From assembly GCF_006345805.1 (NCBI RefSeq), contig NC_043005.1, positions 7,006,001-7,070,000 of the forward strand: a stretch of DNA of 64,000 nucleotides. The letters run 5' to 3'. Numbering within the stretch: the first letter of the stretch is position 1; each line of letters begins with the position of its first letter. The notes below the pieces were generated by a model, which did not search any database, had not been told where the DNA came from, and was given only the letters and a program-made list of their open reading frames with translations. Shown in pieces: positions 1-13,313 of the stretch. Made by a program: the position numbers and the translations under genes. The stretch is from Octopus sinensis. Lineage: Eukaryota.

Positions 1-67
1 AAACCTTCCAAAATGTTACTATATGAGAAATAAGGCCAAAAATTAACAAAGTACCAAATCTCCTCAC

Positions 68-126
68 CTTCTTCTGTTGTAGCCAAGATAACCAGTTTTG
101 TAAAATTGGTGTGTAAGAAAATTGAT
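68..126 (-). CDS. candidate coding exon (third of three) of an unidentified gene
   Basis: Minus strand ...ttcatctag|ATCAATTTT...AAGAAG|gtgag; open in the phase set by the exon at 685-770 (DQFSYTPILQNWLSWLQQKK). No homolog recognised. Confidence 0.2.
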
Positions 127-684
127 CTAGATGAAGATTGAGTTACTCATGTCATTTTGAAAGTGCATCAATCAATAGCGTTTATTAAACTTGAGCTGGA
201 ACAATCTATTTGTAAGTGAAAAATTTCATCAAAGGCCTAGTAATATTTGTGGTCTTTAAAAAACTTATTAGAAGCAACTAAGCAGTCATAACATATCAAA
301 TATTTAAAGACTAAAGCAGTTTACGACCAGAAGAAACAAACTCTGAAACAACCTAAACAGTTTGTGAAAGGGAAAATCAAATTTTAAAATCTCTGCCAAT
401 GACAGGATCAGTAAAGTATAAAGAAAGTAAGCTTAAAACTGCTGTAATGTGTGTAGATTATATTTTCATGTTTTATTGAAAAAAACATTAAAAAATTATA
501 AATTATTAAACAAAAATACTTATGTATGGAGGATTACAAGAAAGAAGTCACTACTCTGAGGCAGCAATACAAAGGTATTTACATCCAAATGCACTCCAAT
601 TCTAGAATCTTTCCAAAAAAATAGTTTTATACAGCCTATATATCTATATATACTTGTGTAATAAAAAACAGATGAATGGGTTAC

Positions 685-770
685 CTGGTATTGCTACATA
701 AACATAATGCAGCCGGGTATGATGTGTAGACAACATCCTTAAAATCATGTGGCTTGTATATTTGGTAAAC
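685..770 (-). CDS. candidate coding exon (second of three)
   Basis: Minus strand ...ctcaactcatcag|GTTTACC...ATACCAG|gtaac; 86 nt, open (GFTKYTSHMILRMLSTHHTRLHYVYVAIP). Confidence 0.22.
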
Positions 771-937
771 CTGATGAGTTGAGAGTTGCATGATGTATTT
801 ACATACTCTTATGGATGTTGTGCATACTGCTTACCTGATTCTACCATGCTTACATTACAACAAAGACTCTTAATGAAACTATTGTAGCAGTACCACTTAA
901 ACCATTTGTTTGTTTTTATTATGTATTTATGCCACAC

Positions 938-993
938 CTAAGGTTCCATTTATCTTTGGATATTTTTGGGTAATATAAGATGATCTCTTTATG
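938..993 (-). CDS. candidate coding exon (first of three)
   Basis: Strong pyrimidine acceptor tttttctttcctttttattccag|, weak donor AG|gtgtgg; open (IKRSSYITQKYPKINGTL). Confidence 0.18.
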
Positions 994-1266
994 CTGGAAT
1001 AAAAAGGAAAGAAAAATTGAAATAGATTAAACTAAACTTTCGTAATAAAAATCTCAAGGTGCTACAATCAGAAGAACACAAAAAAATACAGCACCATAAG
1101 ATTTTTATAAGAAAAGTATATGAACTATCATTTATTTCAATTTCATTTATTTCAATTTTTCTTTCCATCTTATTTCAACCAGAAGAGGTTGTCTTAAGTA
1201 TCTGAAACCAATACATATTTTCTTTCTGTTTTTCCATGGCAATTCCTTCTTCTTCTTAATTTTTCA

Positions 1267-1279
1267 ATATACATATATA

Positions 1280-1330
<51 letters not shown>

Positions 1331-1331
1331 G

Positions 1332-1405
<74 letters not shown>

Positions 1406-1425
1406 ATATATATATATGATATATA
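1267..1425. repeat. (TA)n microsatellite
   Basis: Direct reading; one of dozens of TA/CA arrays in the window. Confidence 0.98.
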
Positions 1426-1608
1426 TGATTTTTAATGTCTTTACCCCCATACTTTCGTGAGTTGAGTTGAGCAAACACTATATGAGAGAGGTTTTCTTTA
1501 AGTATTAGAATAGTTTTAAAAAAGTTCTTTTAGCTACTATTTCTAATGAGTTCAGTATGCGGCAAAGTAATTTATTTACTAAGCCCTTTTATATAATGTA
1601 ATAATTTG

Positions 1609-1660
<52 letters not shown>

Positions 1661-2747
1661 CTATTTTTGTAAATCTACGTATGTGTTTTGATTCTTCAAT
1701 TCTCTTCTGTGCAGGTGTTTTTGAACTTATATTTAAAGGAAAGTTATATGTGTGTCAATAGTTCAGTTTAAAATAATGTCTTTTATTGTCAAGTTTATAT
1801 GAAGTTATAGAAATCAAATAAGAGATGGAGTGTGTGAAAGAAATTTGTTCCTCTTACTCAAAAAGTTGATCAGACATTTCAAAAATTAGATTACTATGTC
1901 TTCCAATAGAAATCTTTGTGTTGTTTTTAGGGTTCTGTCTGTGCAGAAAGAAGACATCCTGATTGAAAGTGTTGGATCTATAATTACATCTAAAGTTCTA
2001 AATATTTGAGACAAAATATCAATTGAATGTTTTGTTTAATCAGCTACTTGTGTGCCATAGGTTTTCTTACACAAAGCTAATTCAGTTGATCTTCTCAAGA
2101 AGCTGTTTAAACAAATTACATACCTTGGATTTGCCATCAATGACAATCTCTTTTTATTTTAAGAAAATCATAGAAAATGTTAACAAGTGTTTGCATGGTA
2201 TGGAAGTATATATATAAGACATATACATATGAAATTCTTAATCAGCATTTTCAAAAACAGTGACTGCAACAGCTGTCACTTAAGCTGCTGACTATGAAGA
2301 ATCTTTGACATTCAGGTTGTCGCATTGTCTGATTTGCTAATTATGTACACTTTGTCCAGCAACAGATTTTTACTGGCATAGATAATTTACACAACACGTA
2401 GAATCACTTCACCCTAAAGGCTTCCCTTCTTTCGGACTAGTGAATTGGTTTTCCATAATAAACATGTATGCAAACAAAACAAGGAAGCTCTAAGCTTGGA
2501 TGTAAGACCCAGGGAGGAAAAAGACATACTGATGCTTAGAAAACTAAAACTATACTAAGTACAACATCAAACAGTTTTTAAACAACAATAACAGCTTCAG
2601 ATTAATCTACTGCTGGAGAAGGTATTTCTCTCAAAATAATCATGACAGCTATAGATGTACTTAACAACAATGGTACATCACACAAGGGGATATTGGTGTT
2701 TGCAGCTATGAATTTTTGAAGCAACCCAAAATACTCATGGCATTATT

Positions 2748-3220
2748 CATCATCATCATTTAACATCCGTTTTCCAGGCTAGCATGGGTTGGATGGTTCG
2801 ACTGGGGTCTGGGAAGCCAGGAGGCTGCACCAGGCTCCAGTCTGATCTGGCAGTGTTTCTACAGCTGGATGCTCTTCCTAACGCCAACCACTCAGTGAGT
2901 GTAGTGGGTGCTTTTTATGTGTCACCAGCACAGGGGCCAGAGGAGGCTAGCAAACGGGCACAATCAGTTGGTGCTTTTACGTGTCACCATCATGGACGCC
3001 AGTCAGGCGGTGCTGGCATCTGCCTCGTTCAGACGGTACTTTTAATGTGTCAGCGGCACGAATATCTTAACTACAATTTCCAATTGATTTTCATTTTGAT
3101 GTTGGTGTTGACGTACTTGACTCAATAGGTCTCCTCAAGAACAGCGGGTCACTCTATGATCCAAGGTCAGCACAGCAGGCCGTCCTGCAAGCCATGACCT
3201 CACTTCATTTGTCGGGTCTT
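2748..3220 (-). mobile_element. family B: 5'-truncated RTE-LINE 3' end with (GAT)n tail
   Basis: (CAT)n at the left, conserved block gctggatgc(c/t)cttcctaacgccaaccac, about 3 internal repeat units, and an ORF2-terminus-like motif at about 3115-3145 resembling 50377-50410. Confidence 0.85.
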
Positions 3221-4109
3221 CACATTGTGGATGATAATGAAGCCAAAGTGTTGGAATAGCTAGGCATCCCCACAAGCATCATCTGATACTTCAATGAGAT
3301 GGGACATTAACAGCATCAAATGCTTCCTTGCCAGCAGGCCCAAAAAGTTTACAGAATTTACACTGTATCACCTGATCTATACAATGAAGCAAAGATCAGC
3401 CAGATGGCAGAAACAGTAGAGTACTGGACTAAATACCTATTTAGAGACACTCTTCTTGTTCTGACTTCAAACCCCTTTGAGATTGATTTTATCTAATACC
3501 TCACAAGGGTCAATAAAATGATTATCAGACATATATTTATGTTGTAACTTCTTGAAGGAAGGAAGTATAGTTGATACAATCTATTATATCACCGCCCCAC
3601 CCAATAATTTGTGGCATAATGCCAGTATTAGAAATCAATATTATGTAAGCATAAAAGCAGATGATGATAGAACCAGTAGGGTGTTAGACAAAAGAATCTT
3701 GGAGTAGTTTAGTTACATCCCTTTACATTCTGAATTTATATCTCTGCCTTTCACTGACAAGGGTCAATATATGTCCCAATCATGTACTGGGGATGACTTA
3801 ATTGACTGTGCCTTTATCTAAAATATTTGCAGCCTTCTTTCTCCTGATGTTAGAAATCAATGTGAGCATAACTTTGTCTTTCAATATCTGAGAAGGAAAT
3901 ATAAGAAGCTAGAAATTAAAAAATCACGTAGGTTTTTTTTTTTCTTTGTCGATTTTACTTTTAATCTATGTTTTGATATATTGACAGATATTCATGATTT
4001 TTTTAAAACAATTATTCATTGAGAGTTTTTTTTTTATTTTTTATCATTAGTTTATTATTAATTTATTATCAAGTTCAGTACTCTTTTCCTATTGTTATTC
4101 TAATTTTAT

Positions 4110-4158
4110 TATCATCATCATCATCGTTGTTGTTGTCATCATCGTCATCATCATCATC

Positions 4159-4200
<42 letters not shown>
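4110..4200. repeat. (CAT)n microsatellite
   Basis: Direct reading; explains the poly-S/poly-H ORF at 4019-4255. Confidence 0.95.
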
Positions 4201-4203
<3 letters not shown>

Positions 4204-5379
4204 TTTAATGCTTTATTGCCATTCTAAATTGGTTCTGGTGTCTGGCATTCATTAGTTGTTAGTGACTCTTAGGTCAGCTAATCATTGGGTTAAGAAGATT
4301 AGATAAAACATAATAAAAATTAAAAAATAAAAAAAAATATGACTATAGATAGGAATAGAACTGTAATATTGATTTACCTACCCAATGATTATGTTTTCTT
4401 GATTACAATTTTATATATCATTTCAACTCCAGTGACTTATCACTACAATGGCTGCTGTTGTTGCTGTTGTTCATTTTACATTAAGTATTGGATGAAAAGA
4501 CAGCAATTAATCAGCAAAGAAATTTTTATCAAATATCAAGAAATATCAATGAAAGATATTTTACTTTTCTTTGATAGATTTTTTTTTTTGATTATATACA
4601 TTCTGAAGATGTTGCCTAACATATGTACTTATGCTCATTATTAAAGAACATTCATATTCATTTATAAAGATAGGCTATGTATGTATTAAAAGGTTAAGGG
4701 AGCAAATAAGAATTAGGAATAGTAATTTTGAAATTTTAATTTATAGACTTAAGACTACCTTCTTCTTACTCAATGCCTTACAGAATACCTTCTCTCTTAC
4801 ACAATAACTACTCATCTGTTTGATGTTGACCAATCAGCAAATTAAAAGTTATCTATAATTTAGAAGCTACCATCAGCCTAATTTCATTTTTTCATTTCCA
4901 TTTTTACAGTTTACACTTTCTCTTAACAAATATTCCATTATGTTTAAAACTCATTTATTGAATGGCTGGAATGCTTCAGAACAAATCAAAATGCTTGTGA
5001 TGTTGAGTTCAAACTCCACTAGGATCGCTATTGTCTTTCATCTGTCTGGGGTTTATAAAATACGTAGTGGTTAGGTATTGTGGTTACTCTAGCTGAATGT
5101 GTCCTCTGCCAAAAATCAAAGATCTTGTGCCAGTGTTGCAATTCTTTATTTGTTAAACTCTTTCAGTTGTAAAAGGCAAAAGTAGTAAATTCAGTTAATT
5201 CTTTGCTTCCCTAAAAAAAAACTTATAATTGTGCAAGATAAAAAATATCATTATTTTTAACTCTTCAATGTTAAAAAGGGAATTTCTGAGTACAGGTAAG
5301 AATGATTTTTTTTTTAGTACTTCTCAGGTATTTTTCTCAATTTTCTGTTAAAAGCATTTTAACTGCCATCGTTATTCAT

Positions 5380-5720
5380 GTTTTAATGTCTACTTCCTCA
5401 TTTTGAAATGAGTTGGTATATAACATGTTGTATGCTATTCCTATCAAGTAGGCATAATTTTTTCTCTGAAGTTAAATGTTCCAATGAGATTAAATTCGAT
5501 TATCTAATTCTATTTCCTTGTTCCTTTTTATAACTCTTTTGTTACCTTAAAGAGTTCATCAATAAACCTGTAAGTCCATACCAAAGCAGCCACCTCTCCT
5601 CACACCAGCTGGTATTTTAAATCTCTAGGCGCTATCCTTTTTGTTCACTTTCAATGCCAAGCAACTTAATGTTGCCTGTTCAACAGATGGTTGAGTATTC
5701 CTCATTAGCCCCACAAAAAT
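5380..5720 (-). mobile_element. heavily decayed non-LTR reverse transcriptase fragment
   Basis: Minus-strand translation RFKIPAGVRRGGC resembles the RT motif FxVxTGVRQGC; a downstream LEHLxxxxKLCLL resembles the LxYADDxxLL region; many stops. Confidence 0.4.
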
Positions 5721-6693
5721 TATTCTGAATTCAAAACCCATTTTCTTGATTGTGCATCATCATATTTCACATACATATTTAACACAGAATGCCTTTTGCA
5801 TGAGAGGAGAAAACCTTTCCTGCCAATACAGGCAACAGGATACAACAGTCCCAGCACTAATCTTATTCCTCAAAGTAATACAATTTTTCAACTACTTCTT
5901 GTGAGTAATTTGATTGGTCCATTCAGGGAAATGGCTACATTTCAGGGGGCATCTCTATGATAACTGTTCCTATTTATCAGGCACCTAATTTTGACCAATC
6001 TACAACAAATTTCATTGCACCTCTTCTTTACTCATTGCTTACACTCGCTACACTGGTAATGAGTTCTCTTCTACATATTAAACAGTTTATCAAGTATATA
6101 TGTGCATCATTGTTGTAAATATGAAATTAGTTCCATAAATGAGTTGTGCTTGAAATTTGTAGAATCAGCAATTCATCAAGACTGACATAGGTTGTATCTT
6201 AAAAGAAATTTTGGCAAGGGAAAATGTTCATAGAAGATTGTCAGTAATGCTGATGTCATATTTTGGAGTGACTTTGGTGGTTATAATTCTGTGTTGTTCA
6301 TATGTAAGGAGGAACTCCTTAATAGCTGTAGTGATATGTCTTTTTATGATGATTAAAAATACTAGGTAACTCACAAGAGACTGGTCTTGGGATATCTATT
6401 CATGAAATCAGAGCAAATCTAGTATCCAAGTGTCTAGATTATGTGTGAATATCACTATTGTACAGATGATTAAGGAGGAATGAAGGGTGATATTATATGC
6501 ATAAGGTTATGTGAGTTGTGCTAAGACCTCAATGTAAAGGATGGAAAAGTCTAAGAAACATAATAGAATTTTAAAATACACCAGAGTTTATAGAAAGTGG
6601 ACTGGATGACTAGAAACTTCCAGTCCCAAAGAAACTGCAAAAGCCATTAAATGGACAACATAAAAGCATTTCATACCAGTTATGGTTGAAGAC

Positions 6694-6858
6694 ATTACAT
6701 CGACCCCAGTGTGTAACTGATACTTAATTTATCGACCCTGAAAGGATGAAAGGCAAAGTCGACCTCGGTGGAATTTGAACTCGGAACGTAATGGCAGACA
6801 AAATACAGCTACGCATTTCACCCGGCGTGCTAAGGGTTCTGCTCTGACACTAAACGAC
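6694..6858 (-). mobile_element. tRNA-derived SINE family C (3'-truncated)
   Basis: B-box-like gagttcaaattcc and central gtcgactttgcctttcatcctttc..ggtcgataaattaagtacc; matches 7684-7917. Confidence 0.9.
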
Positions 6859-7683
6859 ACTGTCAAGAGTAATATTATTACTTTTGTCAAATTTTCAAAG
6901 GGTGATAAACTACAAGAGCATATGTAGAACCACTTTCTCAGGTAGATATAACTCTATTGAAACCATACTAGGTGTTCACCAAGAAAGGCTTTATTGTCCT
7001 CTTTGATGGATTCTTTCTATATAATTGATAGATGAATTTTGATAAGGATATAAGTATTTTATCTACTTAGTTTAAGGATTAACAAATGCAAAGTCAAAAA
7101 GAGCTGTCATTTTGGCAAAGACTCAAAAATATTAAACTTCTTAGCATGTACCAGGAAAATTCTGACAGTAACACTTGTATGTGGCCCAAGCTTGAATAAA
7201 GAAACAAGCTTTATTTTCCTCCAACTATGATGTACACACGTATGTCATAATATGTGGAAAGGAACTCAGTACTTTTGTAGGAAGTGCAAGCAAGATGTAA
7301 ATTGGAATTTTGTCTGATGTTCTCATGATTATGCCAAGTACCGAGGTTGAAATAATCAACTATAAACTACCTTCAAATTTTTATTTTGTATTACTATGCT
7401 ACAAATAAACAATTTGCTCTGGGGAAGAGCAGTGAATAACCAGAATTGTGAGACTTAATATCTGAAGATCATTTTCCACCACTTTTTCCCACATTTTTCT
7501 AGATCCTCCTAGTATATCAATATAATGGTTAATAGGGTTGAGGAGCAACTGAAGAAAGGACAACTAAGAGACAGGATAACTGGGTATCAGCATTAATGCA
7601 CAACAGCTAGTTTTACTGACAAACCAACTAACAATCAATATTATTGGGCCACTAGGGTTTAGTCAGTGAGGGGTATGATTGTA

Positions 7684-7917
7684 GTCATTTAATGTCAGAG
7701 CAGAACCCTTAGCACGCCGGGCGAAATGCGTAGCTGTATTTCGTCTGCCATTACATTCCGAGTTCAAATTCCACCAAGGTCGACTTTGCCTTTCATCCTT
7801 TCGGGGTCGATAAATTAAGTACCAGTTACACACTGGGGTCGATGTAATCGACTTAATCCATTTGTCTGTCCTTGTTTGTCCCCTCTGTATTTATCCCCTT
7901 GTGGGTAATAAAGAAAC
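7684..7917 (+). mobile_element. tRNA-derived SINE family C
   Basis: Same motifs through the 3' end gtgggtaataaagaaa. Confidence 0.92.
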
Positions 7918-9517
7918 AGATCAACAAACCTTTGATGAAAGACATTCCAACCATAACATTTCAGGTTGAGTTTCTTGTTGTTTTTTGTTGTTGTTGTTGT
8001 TGTTTTTTTCTTTTTTTTTTGTCCAAAATACACTTTATCTGATAAAAATATGAATGGTCATGGCTCAAATGTCAAACAGAGTTTAATCAATCCAAGCTGA
8101 TCTTGAGCTAAACAGTAACAACAATTATAGCTCTTATCAAAGAAACATCAGTAGCCCTGCCATTTTGGTTGTTAATTGGCCATGCTAGTTGTTGCTCAGT
8201 TTTACTGTCACCCAGTTGTGATGTTACCCAACTGCCTGTAATATAATTATCACCAAACTGATATGAATTACCAACTTTATATAAGTAAGGGAAATGAAAC
8301 AAGGATTGCGTTTTCTAAGGTTTAAACAGAAGCTTGAAAATATGAGGTCATTGATGTGAATATAACCATAGGCTTATTGAATAGAACATAAAAATGTACC
8401 ACTCTACTTCTTATTGATTTATAAATAATTACCAAAGAATGTAAAATAACCATATGATTAATACAATTTTAAGCGCATTTTGTGAGCACTGAGAAATGTC
8501 AGACTTGTTGAAATTATGCAGTCGATCCTGTAGTCTATTTTGCTTTATTGAATTTGTATTAAAATTGCTTTACAATGTTGTTAGCGGTGTCAAAAACACA
8601 AATTTTAATTGTATTCCTTCATGTTGTTCTTTCTTCATGATCACGCTATGAGATATATATAATATATATATATACTTTTTTTTTTTGCAGTCTTCATTAT
8701 TGAACAATATAATAAAATTCTGTCAATAGTGATAATTGCCTTCATTGTCTTTCCAATACTATAATATACTCTTAATTTTTGATATTACTGTTGTATTATT
8801 ATAACAATTAAACTTAATCTGTTATTCTGCCATATTTCATGCTGTTTCAAGAATTTAATATATTTCTTTTGATGTTTAGAGTCTTTTATAGTGAAGCGAT
8901 GAGAAGATTTTCTTTGAAAAAGAATTCAATTTTGTGAAATATCAGTGCACTGTGAACCTTGCTTATTAATGGATACAGAAAGAAACTCCAATATATACAT
9001 TAGCTTGATTTTTTGGGGGTTTTTTTGTTTCATGTTTTTACCAGCTTTAACATTTAAAAGAGATATATTGACTTCAGGAAATAGTCAATATATCTCTTTT
9101 TTAATCAAATATGGCAATACTTAACCCATTTGTCATTGAACTACCCATTATTCAATGTATAGGAAAAGTTGGACGAAGTCAGTTTTGCAAACTTCTCAAA
9201 CTTACGCCATCATTAGACCTTCAAATATGATGATTTTTTTAATATTTTGTTTATGTTAGTTTTATTTGCAAAACATTTTCCCTTATAATTATCTTGTTAC
9301 ATTAGCTATAAATATTATGTATAATTACATAAAACAAATTCCCAAGTTTAGAAATTAGTTCAAACTTTGGTTGTTCTTTCACAAAATTATTCTTACTTTA
9401 TTTTTATTTATTCTCACATCAATGCTTTAATAAAGTCATTCAATGGTTTAAGCCAAAAGTTATCATTTTAACACTGCTATCTCAGTAAAGCAGTTTGACA
9501 ATTTTGAATATCTTCTT

Positions 9518-9897
9518 TTGTATCTTTTACTTGTTTCAGTCATTGAATTACAGCCATGCCCTTAAGGGTTTTGTTGAACAGAATGAACCTAGAAATTATT
9601 TTATAAAGTCTGGTTCATCTTCTATCGGGTGCTTTTTTCTAAACCACTAAGTTACAGAGATGCAAACAAACTCACACCAGTTATCAAGTGGTGCTGGGGA
9701 ATAAAAACAAAGACACACACACAAAAACCCACATACATACACACACACGCCAGGTTTCTTTCAGTTTCTGTCAACTAAATTCACTCACAAGACTTCGGCC
9801 AGCCTAGGACTATAGCAGACAACACTTGCCTAAAGTTCCACACAGTGAGACTGAACCTGGAACCCCATGGTTGGGAAGCAAACTTCTTACCACACAC
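9518..9897 (-). mobile_element. SINE family A, diverged
   Basis: Colinear with 11108-11525 from the tail (cttttacttgtttcagtca) to the head (ttcttaccacac). Confidence 0.8.
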
Positions 9898-10358
9898 ACA
9901 CAGAAAAATAAAAGTGCAAACATGGCATATAGAACAAGACGTTTACAACAGTGAAAGCAAGATTGGGACATGTGAAATTCATTATCTGTAACAATCAATA
10001 ATAATTATAGAATCATTCTAGAAAAGTTTAATGTTACCCTCAGAAGAAAAACATTTTCCAACCATTACTAGGTATTTTGTATCAATATAGAATCTATTTT
10101 AGATATATACTTAAACTAACAGTGTATATTTTGTACCTGATTTTCTATCTGTACAAAGACATTACCTTCAATATTTCTCCCTACACACCGCTAATTGCTT
10201 TCTCATAGTAGCATCTATAGAATATCATGTCTCTTATATTTATATTTTGTTTGATAGATACTGTTCTATTAACACTACTTAACAATGCTGTAGTTTCCTG
10301 TAAGGTTAACTTCATACTTCACAAAGCGCTGATTTGATATTGTAATATTATTTGTTTA

Positions 10359-10499
10359 ATTTAGATAATGTTTGATAATTTAGATAATGTTTGATAATTT
10401 AGATAATGTTTGATAATTTTAATAATTTTGATAATTTTGATAATTTAGATAATTTTGATAATTTAGATAATGTTTGATAATTAAGATAATGTTTGATGA
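10359..10499. repeat. 19-bp AT-rich minisatellite (atttagataatgtttgata), about 7 copies
   Basis: Direct reading. Confidence 0.9.
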
Positions 10500-11016
10500 T
10501 GTGTTGCACATAAGATACTTAATTATGTACATACTCTAACGGCCAAGTGAATAGGACTGCCATTACCCTTAGTTTAAAAAAATAAGGTTTTCTAGTTTGA
10601 ATTTAGTCTAGCTTATTTGCATATCCAAGAATAAGACCCAGGATTAAAATTGGAGATCAAATTGATCAATAAACACTGTCATCATTATTTCATTATCATT
10701 TAGCATTTCATTATCAATTTTATGCTTGCATGGAATTTGTTGAGGCAGATTTTTCTTCAGCCAGATGCCCCCTTCTGTTGCCTGACATCGCTTGTTTCCA
10801 AGTAAGGTAACATTTCCCGTAACCAAACTTGGAAATAAAATACACTGCTCACATGATGGTGACATTTGTTTTCAAAATGATCTCATGAAGTTAATGCAAA
10901 GATACAGTAACACTAACACACACATGCACGTGTATGCACTTACACATGCATACAGGCAAGCATGCACACACACTCACATGCACACGTATATAAACATAAA
11001 TATACATATATATCTA

Positions 11017-11107
<91 letters not shown>

Positions 11108-11525
11108 GGCGCAGGAGTGGCTGTGTGGTAAGTAGCTTGCTAACCAACCACATGGTTCCGGGTTCAGTCCCACTGCGTGGCATCTTGGGCAAGTGTCTTC
11201 TGCTATAGCCCCGGGCCGACCAATGCCTTGTGAGTGGATTTGGTAGACGGAAACTGAAAGAAGTCTGTCATATATATGTATATATATATGTGTGTATGTG
11301 TGTGTGTTTGTGTGTCTGTGTTTGTCCCCCTAGCATTGCTTGACAACCGATGCTGGTGTGTTTATGTCCCCGTTACTTAGCGGTTCGGCAAAAAGAGACC
11401 GATAAAGTAAGTACTGGGCTTACAAAAGAATAAGTCCTGGGGTCGAGTTGCTCGATTAAAGACGGTGCTCCAGCATGGCCGCAGTCAAATGACTGAAACA
11501 AGTAAAAGAGTAAAGAGTAAAGAGT
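11108..11525 (+). mobile_element. tRNA-derived SINE family A, full length
   Basis: A-box tggctgtgtgg, B-box ggttcagtccc, CORE-like ccttgggcaagtgtctt, internal TA/TG tract, 3' gcggtgctccagcatggccgcagtc, (GAGTAAA)n tail. May correspond to a described octopus OR-type SINE (unverified). Confidence 0.93.
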
Positions 11526-11630
11526 ATATATATATATATATATATACATTAAGCTTTTTTTCAGTTTCCTTCAACAAATCCGCTCTCAAAGCTGGGCTAC
11601 AGTAGAAGACACTTGCTCTAGGTGCCACAC

Positions 11631-11778
11631 AGTTTCCATCTACAAAATCCACTCACAAGGCTTTGGTTGGCCTGAGGCTATAGTAGAAGACACTTGCCCA
11701 AGGTGCCACGCAAGGGACTGAACCCAGAACCATGTGGTTCGTAAGCAAGCTACTTACCACACAGCCACTCCTATGCCT
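11631..11778 (-). mobile_element. SINE A head fragment (with a second partial copy at about 11560-11630)
   Basis: Reverse complement of the 11108 head. Confidence 0.88.
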
Positions 11779-11870
11779 GAATAAAATTGTGAATAAAATT
11801 GTAAAGAAAAATATTCCATACAAAAAAGATTTTCTTCAGTCAGTAAAATGAGAACACCAAGTAGAATACA

Positions 11871-12037
11871 CTTTACTCTTTTTACTCTTTTACTTGTTTC
11901 AGTCATTTGACTGCGGCCATTCTGGAGCACCACCTTTAGTCGAGCAAATCGACCCCGGGACTTATTCTTTGTAAGCCCAGTACTTATTCTATCGGTCTCT
12001 TTTGCTGAACCGCTAAGTAACGGGGACATAAACACAC
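11871..12037 (-). mobile_element. SINE A 3' half (5'-truncated)
   Basis: Reverse complement of 11350-11525. Confidence 0.9.
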
Positions 12038-12867
12038 AATTCTACAAATTTACCAAAACCAGCAAGACCACAAAACTATAGTCCCTTAAAATTAAAGTTC
12101 CTAAAACTTTTAACTGCAATAATATCTCAGAAAGTAAATAACTAGCTGGACAAAACAACACTCTTCCAAAAGAAACAAAAAGATACTTCAAAGACATGAG
12201 GTAGTAAAGATCAGTTACTAATTAATAAATACATATGTAAAAGAATAAAGAAAAATTATAGGTATATCATGAATGACTAAAAGATTATATGGAAAGTATT
12301 CCTCATACATAAATTTTGGAAGAATTAGTGGTAAGATAGCACCAATAATAAATAGGTGCACCAAACATGTCATGTATTTTGCTGCATGCAAAGAGAATGC
12401 CAAGATGCATCTACATAACTTTACTTTTCCCAGTATAGGCATTATGTATTGTAATCAAATTAGATTAAACTTAATTTAGATTTTCTAATTCATGTAAATT
12501 GCTCATAAAATATTCAATAAGTAAATCACATTTCTGACTTATGCATGATACACAAATTAGTCTTGCTATTTCAGCTAAGTCTTGGTTTGTGTCTGACTTA
12601 AAAAGCAATTGCTATTAAGTTCTCTTCAGAGCCAAATTGGTGAGGAAGTACTAATCTTCTTAAAATTGATCATCCATCCAGGAAACATGCCAGGATCACC
12701 TTATTCATCTGCGTACAGAGAAAATAGTGAATATCTATTTACCTTTGCATATTTTTACTTACCAAATTGTAAGCATTGTAAATTGTAGGCTAAGCACATT
12801 AAATGTACCTTAGATTTTCTGATATATGCTATTTGTATAAAATATAGCATGTGTGTGTGTCTGTGTG

Positions 12868-12869
<2 letters not shown>

Positions 12870-12959
<90 letters not shown>

Positions 12960-12989
12960 GCTCTCTCTTCTCTCTCTCTCTCTCTCTCG

Positions 12990-13054
<65 letters not shown>

Positions 13055-13096
13055 TACACAATGAGACAAGGTTCACTTCCCAACCATTGGGAATTA

Positions 13097-13133
<37 letters not shown>
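12870..13133. repeat. compound (CT)n-(TA)n-(CA)n...(GT)n microsatellite
   Basis: Direct reading; source of the ER/SL-repeat ORFs. Confidence 0.97.
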
Positions 13134-13135
<2 letters not shown>

Positions 13136-13313
13136 GGCTAGTGAGAAATCATGTGTTTGTAGGTATGGTATAGACTGTTATTCTCGTTTAAGATTTTGTT
13201 TTCGATAAGGGTTTAATAAGATATGAAAGTAGAGGATTATGATTTTCACTGTTTGATTTGCCTAATAGTGGTTTTATCTCTAATTTAATATAATATATAT
13301 ATATATATACAGA

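Noticed and set aside
1931-2010. Plus-strand possible terminal exon (VLSVQKEDILIESVGSIITSKVLNI*)
   Set aside because: Acceptor only, no partner exon or recognisable homology, and it conflicts in strand with the other weak candidates.
8108-8302. Protein-like 64-aa minus-strand ORF
   Set aside because: No convincing donor site or motif; length is within chance expectation.
9121-9452. Possible TTAA-flanked MITE
   Set aside because: The terminal inverted match is too short and degenerate.
11108-11185. tRNA gene-like A/B boxes
   Set aside because: Heads of SINE A; no complete cloverleaf, and they continue into the SINE body.
12690-12830. Minus-strand exon/54-nt intron-like pattern
   Set aside because: The downstream segment hits stops almost immediately in all frames.
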